A stretch of 64,000 nt of DNA from a virus, in IMG/VR virus record IMGVR_UViG_3300048930_001424, positions 26,257-90,256 of that record; one strand, written 5' to 3'. How positions within the stretch are numbered: position 1 is the first letter of the stretch; every line of letters begins with the position of its first letter. Below, one piece after another: positions 40,024-48,405 of this stretch. The notes beneath the pieces were generated by a model. It saw only the letters and a list, made by a program, of their open reading frames with translations. It was not told the origin of the DNA and searched no databases. Position numbers and translations under genes: made by a program.

Positions 40024-41732
40024 TGTGGAGTCCTGACCCCGTGGACCTTCGACCCTACCAATCCGACGCCATCGCCGCGGTGTACGAGCACCTGCGCACC
40101 CGCGACGACAACCCGTGCGTGGTGATCCCCACGGGCGGCGGCAAAACGCCGGTCATCGCCACGATCTGCCGCGACGCCGTGACGCGCTGGAACGGCCGCG
40201 TCGTCATCCTGGCTCACGTCAAGGAACTTCTCGAGCAAGCCGCCGACAAACTGCGGCTCATCGCCCCCGACGTGCCCGTGGGCATCTACTCGGCGGGCCT
40301 CAAGCGCAAGGACCTCGGGTACGCGGTCACGATCGCCGGCATCCAGAGCATCTGGAAGAAGGCGTGCGACCTCGGGCCGGTCGACCTGATCATCGTGGAC
40401 GAGGCGCACATGGTGCCTGCCGAAGACGACGGGATGTACCGTCAGTTCATCGCCGACGCCAAGGTGGTGAACCCGCACGTTCGCATCATCGGCCTGACCG
40501 CGACGCCGTATCGCCTCAAGTCCGGGCCGATCTGCGCAGCGGAGAACATTCTCAACCACATCTGCTACGAGGTGGGCGTCCGCGAGCTCATTGTGCAGGG
40601 TTTCCTGTCGCCGCTGAAGACCAAGGCGGGGCTGCAGAAGATCAGCACCGACGATCTGCACGTCCGTGCCGGTGAGTTCGTGGCCAGCGAGGTCGAGGAC
40701 CTCATGGACAAGGACGGCCTGGTCGAGGGGGCGTGCGCCGAGATCGTCGAGCACACCAAGGACCGCCGTGCCACCCTGATCTTCGCATCCGGCATCCGCC
40801 ACGGGCAGCACATCGTCGAGGTCCTCAAAACCAAGCACGGGATCGAGTGCGGCTTTGTTTCCGGCGACACACCCACCGGCGCGCGCAGCGCCATCCTTGG
40901 GCGCTTCCGGGCGGGGGAACTCAAGTACCTCTGCAACATGAACGTCCTCACCACGGGCTTCGACGCCCCGCACATCGACTGCGTGGCGCTGGTGCGGCCG
41001 ACCATGTCGCCGGGTCTGTACTACCAGATGGTGGGACGGGGCTTCCGTCTGCACCCGGGCAAGGCGGACTGCCTGGTGCTGGACTTCGGCGGCAACGTCC
41101 TGCGGCACGGGCCAGTGGACGCCGTCCGCCTTGACACCTTCGACCGCGGCGAGGGTGAGGCGCCGGCCAAGGAATGTCCGCAGTGCCAGGCGCTCATCGC
41201 GGCCGGGTACCAGACCTGCCCCGAGTGCGGGCACCAGTTCCCGGAGCCCAACAAGCAGAAGCACGAGGCGCAGGCAAGCACCGAGAGCATCCTCTCGGGC
41301 CAGACCAGCCGTGAGGAGCACCACGTCAGCGAGACGACGTACCACGTCCACATGAAGCGGAGCGACCCGTCCGCGCCGCTCACGATGCGGGTCGAGTATC
41401 GGGTTGGCTTCAACCACTACTTCCGCGAGTGGGTCTGCTTCGACCACACCGGGTACGCCCGAACCAAGGCCGAGGCGTGGTGGCGGGCCCGGTCGGTCGA
41501 GCCAGTCCCCGGCGGCACGGAGGAGGCTGTCGAGATGGCAAGGGCGGGCGCACTGGCCCCGACGCTCCACATCACCGTGGAGAAGAAGGCTGGCGACCAG
41601 TTCGAACGGGTCGTCGCGCACCGCCTGGGCGACAAGCCGCCCCGTCTGGACAGCGATGATGGGCTGCCCGACGCGCCGGTGCAGCCGGTGGGCACGACGT
41701 ACGGCATCCCCGATGAGGAGATCCCGTTCTGA
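40023..41732 (+). CDS. SF2 DEAD/DEAH helicase with Zn finger (RadD/YejH-like)
   Basis: LRPYQ, PTGGGKT, DEAH, TATP, QMVGRGFR, CPQC/CPEC. Confidence 0.92.
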   Translation: MWSPDPVDLRPYQSDAIAAVYEHLRTRDDNPCVVIPTGGGKTPVIATICRDAVTRWNGRVVILAHVKELLEQAADKLRLIAPDVPVGIYSAGLKRKDLGYAVTIAGIQSIWKKACDLGPVDLIIVDEAHMVPAEDDGMYRQFIADAKVVNPHVRIIGLTATPYRLKSGPICAAENILNHICYEVGVRELIVQGFLSPLKTKAGLQKISTDDLHVRAGEFVASEVEDLMDKDGLVEGACAEIVEHTKDRRATLIFASGIRHGQHIVEVLKTKHGIECGFVSGDTPTGARSAILGRFRAGELKYLCNMNVLTTGFDAPHIDCVALVRPTMSPGLYYQMVGRGFRLHPGKADCLVLDFGGNVLRHGPVDAVRLDTFDRGEGEAPAKECPQCQALIAAGYQTCPECGHQFPEPNKQKHEAQASTESILSGQTSREEHHVSETTYHVHMKRSDPSAPLTMRVEYRVGFNHYFREWVCFDHTGYARTKAEAWWRARSVEPVPGGTEEAVEMARAGALAPTLHITVEKKAGDQFERVVAHRLGDKPPRLDSDDGLPDAPVQPVGTTYGIPDEEIPF

Positions 41733-44029
41733 GCCCCGCCGCCGAACTCCAACTCGGGCCCGCGGCCTCGGCGTACCTCAGCGCTGGGCTGTCCGTCCTT
41801 CCTGCACTGCGCCGCGGGGACGAGAAGCGAGTCGCGCTCCCAAAGTGGTCAGCGTTTCAGCGGCGCCTCCCAACCGACGCGGAGTTGTCGACCTGGATGA
41901 ACCTCGAGCCCGACGCCATCTGCGTGGTCTGCGGGGCGATTTCCGGCAACCTTGAGATGATCGACTTCGACTGCGCCGGCGAGGCCTTCGACGCGTGGCG
42001 CACGATGGTCGAAGAGATTCAGCCCGGCCTGGTTGAGCGTCTTCTCGTCGAGACCACGCCTTCGGGCGGTCGCCATGTGGTGTACCGCTGCGAGGCGCCG
42101 GTCTGCGGCAACACGAAACTCGCCCAGCGGCGAGTGGATGCCGACGGCGAGGCACCGGTCATGATCGGGGGCAAGTCGCTCACGCCCCGGCGCGGCGCGG
42201 ACGGGAAGTGGTGCGTCGTCGTCACGCTCATCGAGACGCGGGGCGAGGGCGGGATGTTTCTGTGCGCCCCCTCGCCGGGCTACGAGGCCGTTGCGGGGAG
42301 CCTGGCGAACCCGCCGCTCGTCTCGGCCGAGGAGCGCGAGGTGCTCCTCGGCTGCGCCTGGCGGATGAACGACGCCGAGCCCGCCGTGACGGGAGCGCCG
42401 CAGCAGTCTTCGGGTACGTGTGTCCGGCCCGGGGACGACTACAACGCCCGGGGGGATGCGCGGGAGATCCTGCGCCGCCACGGCTGGGAACTCGTCAAGG
42501 GCGGCGAGAACGAGCACTGGCGGCGGCCGGGCAAGCAGAGTGGCACGAGCGCGACGCTCAAGGGCGGCGTCTTCTACGTCTTCTCGAGCAACGCCCCGCC
42601 GTTCGAGCCTAACCAGGCCTACGCCCCCTTCGCGGTCTACGCGCTGCTCGAGCACGGCGGGGACTTCGCCGCCGCGGCCTCGGCGCTCCGGGCCGAGGGG
42701 TTCGGGACCGAGCCGCCCGAGTCCGCCGACGTGGATCTCTCCGCGTTCACCGCGGAGCACCACGACGGCGACGCGGTCGAGCATGTCGAGCGGCCGGACG
42801 ATCCGGGACAGTTCCCGCCCCATCTTCTGTCGGTGCCCGGTCTGATCGGGGAGATCGTGGCGCACAACGTCGCGTACGCGCCACGCCCGCAGCCGCAGTT
42901 GGCGCTCGCCGGCGCGATCGCTTTGCAGGCCGTGCTCGCCGGCCGGAAAGTCTGCGACGAGCGCGGCAACCGTACCAACGTCTATTGCGTGGGCCTGGCC
43001 AAGAGCGGCGCGGGGAAGGACCACGCCCGCAAGCTCACGCGAGACATCCTCTTCGCCGCCGGCGCTGATGATCTTGAGGGCAACGAGGACCTGGCCAGCG
43101 ACGCCGGCCTCTTCACCGCCGTCGAAGCCCAGCCGGCGATCCTGTTCCAGCTCGACGAGTTCGGGCGCTTCCTGCGGACCATCGGCGATCCCAAGAAGGC
43201 CCCGCACCTGTTCAACGTGCTGACGGCGTTCATGAAGTTCTACAGCTCCGCCGACACTTTCGTGCGCGGCAAGGCCTACGCCGATGCCAAGCGCAACAAA
43301 TCCGTGGACCAGCCGTGCGTCGTGCTCTACGGCACCACCGTGCCGGACAGCTTCTGGGAGTCGCTCACCTCAGAGAGCCTCAGCGACGGGTTCATCGGCC
43401 GCCTCCTGGTCTTCGAGTGCCCCGAACGACCCAAGCGCAAGCGCCGGGCCCGCGTGCCCCCGCCCAAAGCCATCGTGGATCGCGTGCGCTGGTGGGCGGA
43501 GTTCTCGCCGGGCGGCAACCTCCGCAAGGAGCACCCCGAGCCGCTGGTGGTGACGGCGACGCCCGAGGCCGCCGCGCGCTTCGACGCGCTGGCCGACCAC
43601 GCCGATGCCGAGATGGAGTCCAAGGGCGAAGGCATCGCCGCGGTCTGGTCGCGCGCCGAGGAAAAGGCCTGCCGCTTGGCCCTGATCTACGCCTGCTCGG
43701 CCAACCCGGAGAATCCCGTCATCGACGAACAAGCCGCGTCGTGGGCGTGCGACCTATCAAGCTACGTCACGCGTCGCCTGCTCTTTGAGGCGCACGTCCG
43801 CATCGCCGACGGCCAGTTCGACGCCCGCCAGAAGCGCGTGCTCCGGATCATCGACGAGCACGGCGGCACGCAGGGCATATGCCACACCCAGCTGCTCTGG
43901 AAGACGCGCTGGCTGAGCGTCCGCGAGCGGCAGGAGGTCATCGACAACCTGATTGCCACGGGGCAGATCAATGAAGTTCGAGTTGCAACGAAGGGAAGGA
44001 GCGCAACCCGCTATGTTTCCAGAGCCTGA
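41729..44029 (+). CDS. Prim-Pol primase-polymerase with DUF3987 helicase-like domain
   Basis: GLSVLP…KW..FQRRLPT, IDFD, ETTPSGGRH, AKSGAGKD, QLDEFG. Confidence 0.85.
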   Translation: MSPAAELQLGPAASAYLSAGLSVLPALRRGDEKRVALPKWSAFQRRLPTDAELSTWMNLEPDAICVVCGAISGNLEMIDFDCAGEAFDAWRTMVEEIQPGLVERLLVETTPSGGRHVVYRCEAPVCGNTKLAQRRVDADGEAPVMIGGKSLTPRRGADGKWCVVVTLIETRGEGGMFLCAPSPGYEAVAGSLANPPLVSAEEREVLLGCAWRMNDAEPAVTGAPQQSSGTCVRPGDDYNARGDAREILRRHGWELVKGGENEHWRRPGKQSGTSATLKGGVFYVFSSNAPPFEPNQAYAPFAVYALLEHGGDFAAAASALRAEGFGTEPPESADVDLSAFTAEHHDGDAVEHVERPDDPGQFPPHLLSVPGLIGEIVAHNVAYAPRPQPQLALAGAIALQAVLAGRKVCDERGNRTNVYCVGLAKSGAGKDHARKLTRDILFAAGADDLEGNEDLASDAGLFTAVEAQPAILFQLDEFGRFLRTIGDPKKAPHLFNVLTAFMKFYSSADTFVRGKAYADAKRNKSVDQPCVVLYGTTVPDSFWESLTSESLSDGFIGRLLVFECPERPKRKRRARVPPPKAIVDRVRWWAEFSPGGNLRKEHPEPLVVTATPEAAARFDALADHADAEMESKGEGIAAVWSRAEEKACRLALIYACSANPENPVIDEQAASWACDLSSYVTRRLLFEAHVRIADGQFDARQKRVLRIIDEHGGTQGICHTQLLWKTRWLSVRERQEVIDNLIATGQINEVRVATKGRSATRYVSRA

Positions 44030-44610
44030 ACGCACCACGACGCCTTCGCTGCTTGTTTGCGGGTCTCCTTCGTCTGTATACACGCGCGGGGAGAGAGAGA
44101 AGAGGTATGCAAACAAGCAATCATCTTTCTCTTCACTCAATTCCCCGCCTATTCCTCGTGCGAAACCCCGTGGCGTGCCCCGACACATTCCGGCCCGCCC
44201 AACTTCATTGATGGTTGGGATGGCAATCCCGGGTGGGAGCCTTACAGCCGGAAGCCTTACGGCGAGGGGGTCGGGGGTCGGTAGGTACTCCCGGGCCGAG
44301 CCTGCGAATCGATGCCCGCGGGAACAGCCGCGCTTGGCGACAGAGTTTGTTTCGCGCGTCCGGGCGCGGGGCGGTTGGGTGGCGGGGGTAGCCCGCCTCT
44401 CCGCCAGGTACGCGACGTGGGCCAACGCGGGCGAACCCGTGGCCAACGGGCGCGCCAGGTAACGGGGCAGGAATCGGGGCGCTTCGCCGCCCCCGGACGG
44501 GCCCGTCAGCCCGAGCGATCCAACGAGCCAGCGATCCCCGGACCTACCGCGCCGCGGTGGGCCACCACGACGCCCCACGCGCCGCGCCGGCGCGCACGAC
44601 GGAGATCGCT

Positions 44611-45978
44611 GTGAACATCGAGATGCTTCCTATCGACGCGGTCAAGGAATACGACCGCAATCCCCGCACCATCAACGACGCCGCGGTCGAGGCGGTTGCC
44701 AAGTCGATCGAGACCTTCGGCTTCAAGATCCCGATCCTCATCGACGGTGACGGCGTCATCATCGCGGGGCACACGCGGCTGCGCGCCGCGAGGAAGCTCG
44801 GGCTGAAGGAAGTGCCGACGATTCGCGCATCGGACCTGACGCCCGACCAGGTCAAGGCGCTCCGCATCGCCGACAACAAGGTCGCGTCGCTCACGGCGTG
44901 GGACATGGAACTCCTGCCCATCGAGCTCGCCGACCTCAAGGGCGTGGATTTCGACCTGGCGGTGCTCGGCTTCAGCGCCGAGGACCTCGCGGCGATCATG
45001 GCTCCCGCCGGCAACGAGGGTCTCACCGATCCCGACGATGTTCCTGGCGCTCCCGACGCTGCGACGACCGTGCCCGGCGACATCTGGGTGCTCGGCAACC
45101 ACCGCCTCTTGTGCGGCGATTCGTCGAAGCCCGAGGACCTGGATCGGTTGCTTGGCGGCCAGCCGATCCACCTCGTGAACACGGACCCGCCGTACAACGT
45201 GAAGGTCGAGCCTCGCTCAAACAACGCGATCGTCGCCGGCCTGAGCTCGTTCGCCCTGCCCGGCAAGGCCGACCAGCACGATCAGCAGAGCGCCGACCTC
45301 AACCGCTACCCCGAGAAGAGCCGCGCAACGCACAAGAAGCTCCGGGCCAAGGACCGGCCGCTCGCCAACGACTTCGTGTCCGACGACGAGTTCGACCGGC
45401 TGCTCGCGGCGTGGTTCGGGAACATCACCCGCGTGCTGATCCCCGGCGGCACGTTCTACATCTGGGGCGGATACGCCAACTGCGGGAACTACCCGCCCGT
45501 GCTCAAACGCTGCGAGCTCTACTTCGCGCAGGCGATCATCTGGATCAAGGAACACCCGGTCCTGACCCGCAAGGACTTCATGGGCAACCACGAGTGGTGC
45601 TTCTACGGCTGGAAGGAAGGGGCGGCCCACCGCTTCTTCGGCCCGGCGAACGTGCCGGATACGTGGTCGATCAAGAAGGTGAACCCGCAGAGCATGGTCC
45701 ACCTCACCGAGAAGCCCGTGGAACTCGCGCGGCGGGCGATCGAGTTCTCATCCCGGCCCGGGGAGAACGTGCTCGACCTTTTCGGGGGCTCGGGCTCCAC
45801 GCTCATCGGCGCAGAGATGACCGGGCGGCGGGCGTTCCTCATGGAGCTCGACGCGCTCTACTGCGATGTCATCGTGCAGCGGTGGGAGAAGTTTACGGGC
45901 CGCAAGGCGGAACGGCTCTCCGCCGCGCCGGCAAACTCTGTGGCCGAAGAGAAAGCCCCGGCGAAGGCCGAGGCGTGA
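44611..45978 (+). CDS. ParB-N domain fused to an N4/N6 DNA methyltransferase
   Basis: IIAGHTRL…ADNK; TDPPYN; HLTEKPV; DLFGGSGST. Confidence 0.9.
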   Translation: MNIEMLPIDAVKEYDRNPRTINDAAVEAVAKSIETFGFKIPILIDGDGVIIAGHTRLRAARKLGLKEVPTIRASDLTPDQVKALRIADNKVASLTAWDMELLPIELADLKGVDFDLAVLGFSAEDLAAIMAPAGNEGLTDPDDVPGAPDAATTVPGDIWVLGNHRLLCGDSSKPEDLDRLLGGQPIHLVNTDPPYNVKVEPRSNNAIVAGLSSFALPGKADQHDQQSADLNRYPEKSRATHKKLRAKDRPLANDFVSDDEFDRLLAAWFGNITRVLIPGGTFYIWGGYANCGNYPPVLKRCELYFAQAIIWIKEHPVLTRKDFMGNHEWCFYGWKEGAAHRFFGPANVPDTWSIKKVNPQSMVHLTEKPVELARRAIEFSSRPGENVLDLFGGSGSTLIGAEMTGRRAFLMELDALYCDVIVQRWEKFTGRKAERLSAAPANSVAEEKAPAKAEA

Positions 45979-45997
45979 GGAGGGGGCACCGATGCGT

Positions 45998-46477
45998 TCA
46001 GACGCTGGGGCCCTTTTCCCGGAGGGCGTGGAACTCGACCATCGCGTCCTCGTAGGGCGTCGCTCCCGCGGCGGCGTGGTTGCGCCCGCCCGCGGGGACG
46101 ACCACGCTCCGCTCCTTGAGGAAGGCGAAGGCGACGGCCGCCTGTGTCCAGGGGATGTTGGCGGCGTGCCGGAGGTCTTCGAGGTTGAACGGGCTCGTGG
46201 CCTCGGCCACCGCATGGGCGACCGCCTCGAAAGCGTCCTCCGGACACCGGTGCTGGTACGGCTCGCCCTTCATCGGGACGACGCTGCGGACCAGCGCCCG
46301 CGTGCCATCGACCGTGAACGTCTCCGTCCGCTCGTTCGCGGGCGGCTCGTTGCAGGCCGCGACCGCGTGCTCCAGCGCGTCCCACTCCTCGGTGGTGAGC
46401 ATCTGGACCTCGCGGGCGTTGAGCAGGCGCTCGGCCGCGTCGAGCAGGACTTCGAGTTGGGCGCGGGTGGCCTGCAT
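45998..46477 (-). CDS. Hypothetical protein
   Basis: Last gene of the reverse cassette; 159 aa. Confidence 0.7.
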   Translation of the reverse strand: MQATRAQLEVLLDAAERLLNAREVQMLTTEEWDALEHAVAACNEPPANERTETFTVDGTRALVRSVVPMKGEPYQHRCPEDAFEAVAHAVAEATSPFNLEDLRHAANIPWTQAAVAFAFLKERSVVVPAGGRNHAAAGATPYEDAMVEFHALREKGPSV

Positions 46478-46480
46478 GGG

Positions 46481-46939
46481 TCAGGCCCCCTTCCCGGCGA
46501 CGAAGACGCCCTTGTCGTGCTTCTTGAAGCGGGCCTTGTCGCCCTTGGCGGCGATCTCGCGGATGATGGCGGCGTAGAGCGTGGCCTCGGGCGTCTTGCC
46601 GCCGGGGCTCTTCCAGAGTCCCTTCGCCTCCATCTTGGCGATCATCTCCTTGGCCCGCATGGGAACCTCGGAATCGGCGAGTACCTGCGCCGCGGCGTCG
46701 AGGGCGCTGACGCGCTTCGGGGGGGTGGGCTTCTTCTCCTTCGCGGGCTTTGGGGCCTTGGGCGTCTTGGGTGCCTTCCCGGCCTTGGCCTTCGCGGGCT
46801 CGGCGGGCTTGCCGTCCAGGCGGTCCTTGATCTCGGCGAGCGCCGCCTTGCGGAGGCGCTCCGTCTTCGCTGCGCCGTCGGCGCGGACAGCGCTCTTGGA
46901 CATGCGGGTCTTCGGGGCCTTTTTCGTCTTCGTACTCAT
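46481..46939 (-). CDS. Lys/Ala-rich protein with HARE-HTH (HB1/ASXL) domain
   Basis: [10 protein letters not shown]…[23 protein letters not shown]…RF. Confidence 0.8.
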   Translation of the reverse strand: MSTKTKKAPKTRMSKSAVRADGAAKTERLRKAALAEIKDRLDGKPAEPAKAKAGKAPKTPKAPKPAKEKKPTPPKRVSALDAAAQVLADSEVPMRAKEMIAKMEAKGLWKSPGGKTPEATLYAAIIREIAAKGDKARFKKHDKGVFVAGKGA

Positions 46940-47026
46940 GCGATTCTCCAAACCAGGGGTGCGGAATCCCGCCGCACGCTGCGGCGGGGAATCGGGGCCG
47001 GCGCGGTTCCCCGCGCCGCCTCGCGG

Positions 47027-47311
47027 CTAGCAGCCCGCGACGCGCTCCATCTCGTTGAGGACGTCGTGGACCATCGAGTTGGTGGCGGCGGCGCGGCCGC
47101 GGCGGTCGGTCCCGTAGACGACCTTGGCGACCTCGACCGCCTTGGCGTAGCGGGAGTCGCGGTCCTCGTCGCGGGCGATGTGGGCGATGCAGATGTCCTG
47201 CCTGCCCGCGTGGCGTGTGTTCTGCTCGATCGTCACTTCCGCGCCGCGCTCGGTGCGGCTGATCTTGATGTCCTTCTCGTGGCCTTCGATCACGATCGTC
47301 TTGATGTTCAT
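47027..47311 (-). CDS. Hypothetical protein
   Basis: AAGGAG RBS; 94 aa. Confidence 0.7.
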   Translation of the reverse strand: MNIKTIVIEGHEKDIKISRTERGAEVTIEQNTRHAGRQDICIAHIARDEDRDSRYAKAVEVAKVVYGTDRRGRAAATNSMVHDVLNEMERVAGC

Positions 47312-47356
47312 GGGCGTGCTCCTTCGAGGGGATGGGGGTGCGTGCGTGGCGGGCGG

Positions 47357-47623
47357 TTACTCGGCCAGGAAGCGCTCGACGTCCTCGCGGTCCATACCGC
47401 TGAGGAACCCGACCACATCGATCAGGTCGCTGCGGACCTTCCCGAGGTTGCCGGTGATGCCCCAGTTGGTCGGGTCGGCCTTGGCCCGCTCGTCGTGCTT
47501 GTCCAGTTCCATTGCCAGCACGTCGAGCAGGCGGGCGATGTCGTTCCGACGCGCGGCGTACATCTCGGCGGCGGTGGGCTGCGTGGGGGCGGGCTTGGCG
47601 TTCTTGTTCGTGCGGTTCTTCAT
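47357..47623 (-). CDS. Hypothetical protein
   Basis: GAGG RBS; 88 aa. Confidence 0.7.
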   Translation of the reverse strand: MKNRTNKNAKPAPTQPTAAEMYAARRNDIARLLDVLAMELDKHDERAKADPTNWGITGNLGKVRSDLIDVVGFLSGMDREDVERFLAE

Positions 47624-47701
47624 ACTGGTACCTCTCGTCGCTTGGGGTGCTTGCGGTGCGTGGTGACTCCGGTAAACAACGAAGCCCGCATTTCGCGGGC
47701 T

Positions 47702-47995
47702 TCAGGTCGTCGGGCGGGTTGTGCGGTTGGGCGGGGGCGTCTTGGGCCGCCCCACCGCGTCGAGGTAGTCCACCAAATCGCTGGTAAACCAAGTATCGCC
47801 GTCGACCGCGTCGTGCTCGTCGGGGCCGCGGCGGCCGTCGGGGTCGATCTCGAAGAGGCGGAAGCCGCCGGCGCTGGCGGCGTCGACCGACCAGGTGCGG
47901 CCGTCGGGCGTGCGGACCTCGATGCTGGCAACCGCGAACCCGCGGCGTCCCAGGGCGGTGACGATCTCGATCGTGTTCTTCGTTGTCGTGTTCAT
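47702..47995 (-). CDS. Hypothetical protein
   Basis: GGAG RBS, ATG at 47995. Confidence 0.6.
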   Translation of the reverse strand: MNTTTKNTIEIVTALGRRGFAVASIEVRTPDGRTWSVDAASAGGFRLFEIDPDGRRGPDEHDAVDGDTWFTSDLVDYLDAVGRPKTPPPNRTTRPTT

Positions 47996-48099
47996 CTTCG
48001 TGGTCTCCGTCGCGGGGTTCCGCCCCGCGTTGTGACACATGAAGCCATGACATCCGCGAACAGGCAAGGCGAATCCGCGCGGCATCGCCGTCATTCCGC

Positions 48100-48133
48100 G
48101 ACATGTGGGCAACTCGGCGGGACATGTGGGCAA
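48100..48133. repeat. Direct repeat GACATGTGGGCAA x2 (21-bp period)
   Basis: Exact copies at 48100-48112 and 48121-48133 in a divergent intergenic region. Confidence 0.85.
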
Positions 48134-48153
48134 GTTCGGGCGGGAGGTCCGCG

Positions 48154-48405
48154 ATGACTCCCGAACACGCGCCTAGTCCCGCCGCATCGCCAGGGATGTC
48201 CCGGCTGAACCCCGCGGCGCTCCCCTTGGCGGACGCCGCCCGCGTCCTCACGCGCCTGGGCGGCAAGGCCGTCAGCGAGGCGATGCTCCGCGACGACATC
48301 AGCGCGGGCGCGCCAGTGAACGCCGACGGCACGATCAACCTCGTGCACTACGCCGCGTGGCTCGTGAAGGAGATGGCTGGTTCCGGAGGTGGCGGTGGCG
48401 ATTGA
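48154..48405 (+). CDS. Small HTH protein, putative terminase small subunit
   Basis: GGAGG RBS; directly upstream of the terminase; GAPVNADGTINLVHYAAWL. Confidence 0.6.
   Translation: MTPEHAPSPAASPGMSRLNPAALPLADAARVLTRLGGKAVSEAMLRDDISAGAPVNADGTINLVHYAAWLVKEMAGSGGGGGD

Noticed and set aside
45858-48338. Long ORFs of 826 aa (-) and 763 aa (+), and similar ones such as 38946-41621 and 57744-60584
   Set aside because: High-GC shadow frames overlapping well-supported genes; Arg/Pro/Gly-rich with no motifs.
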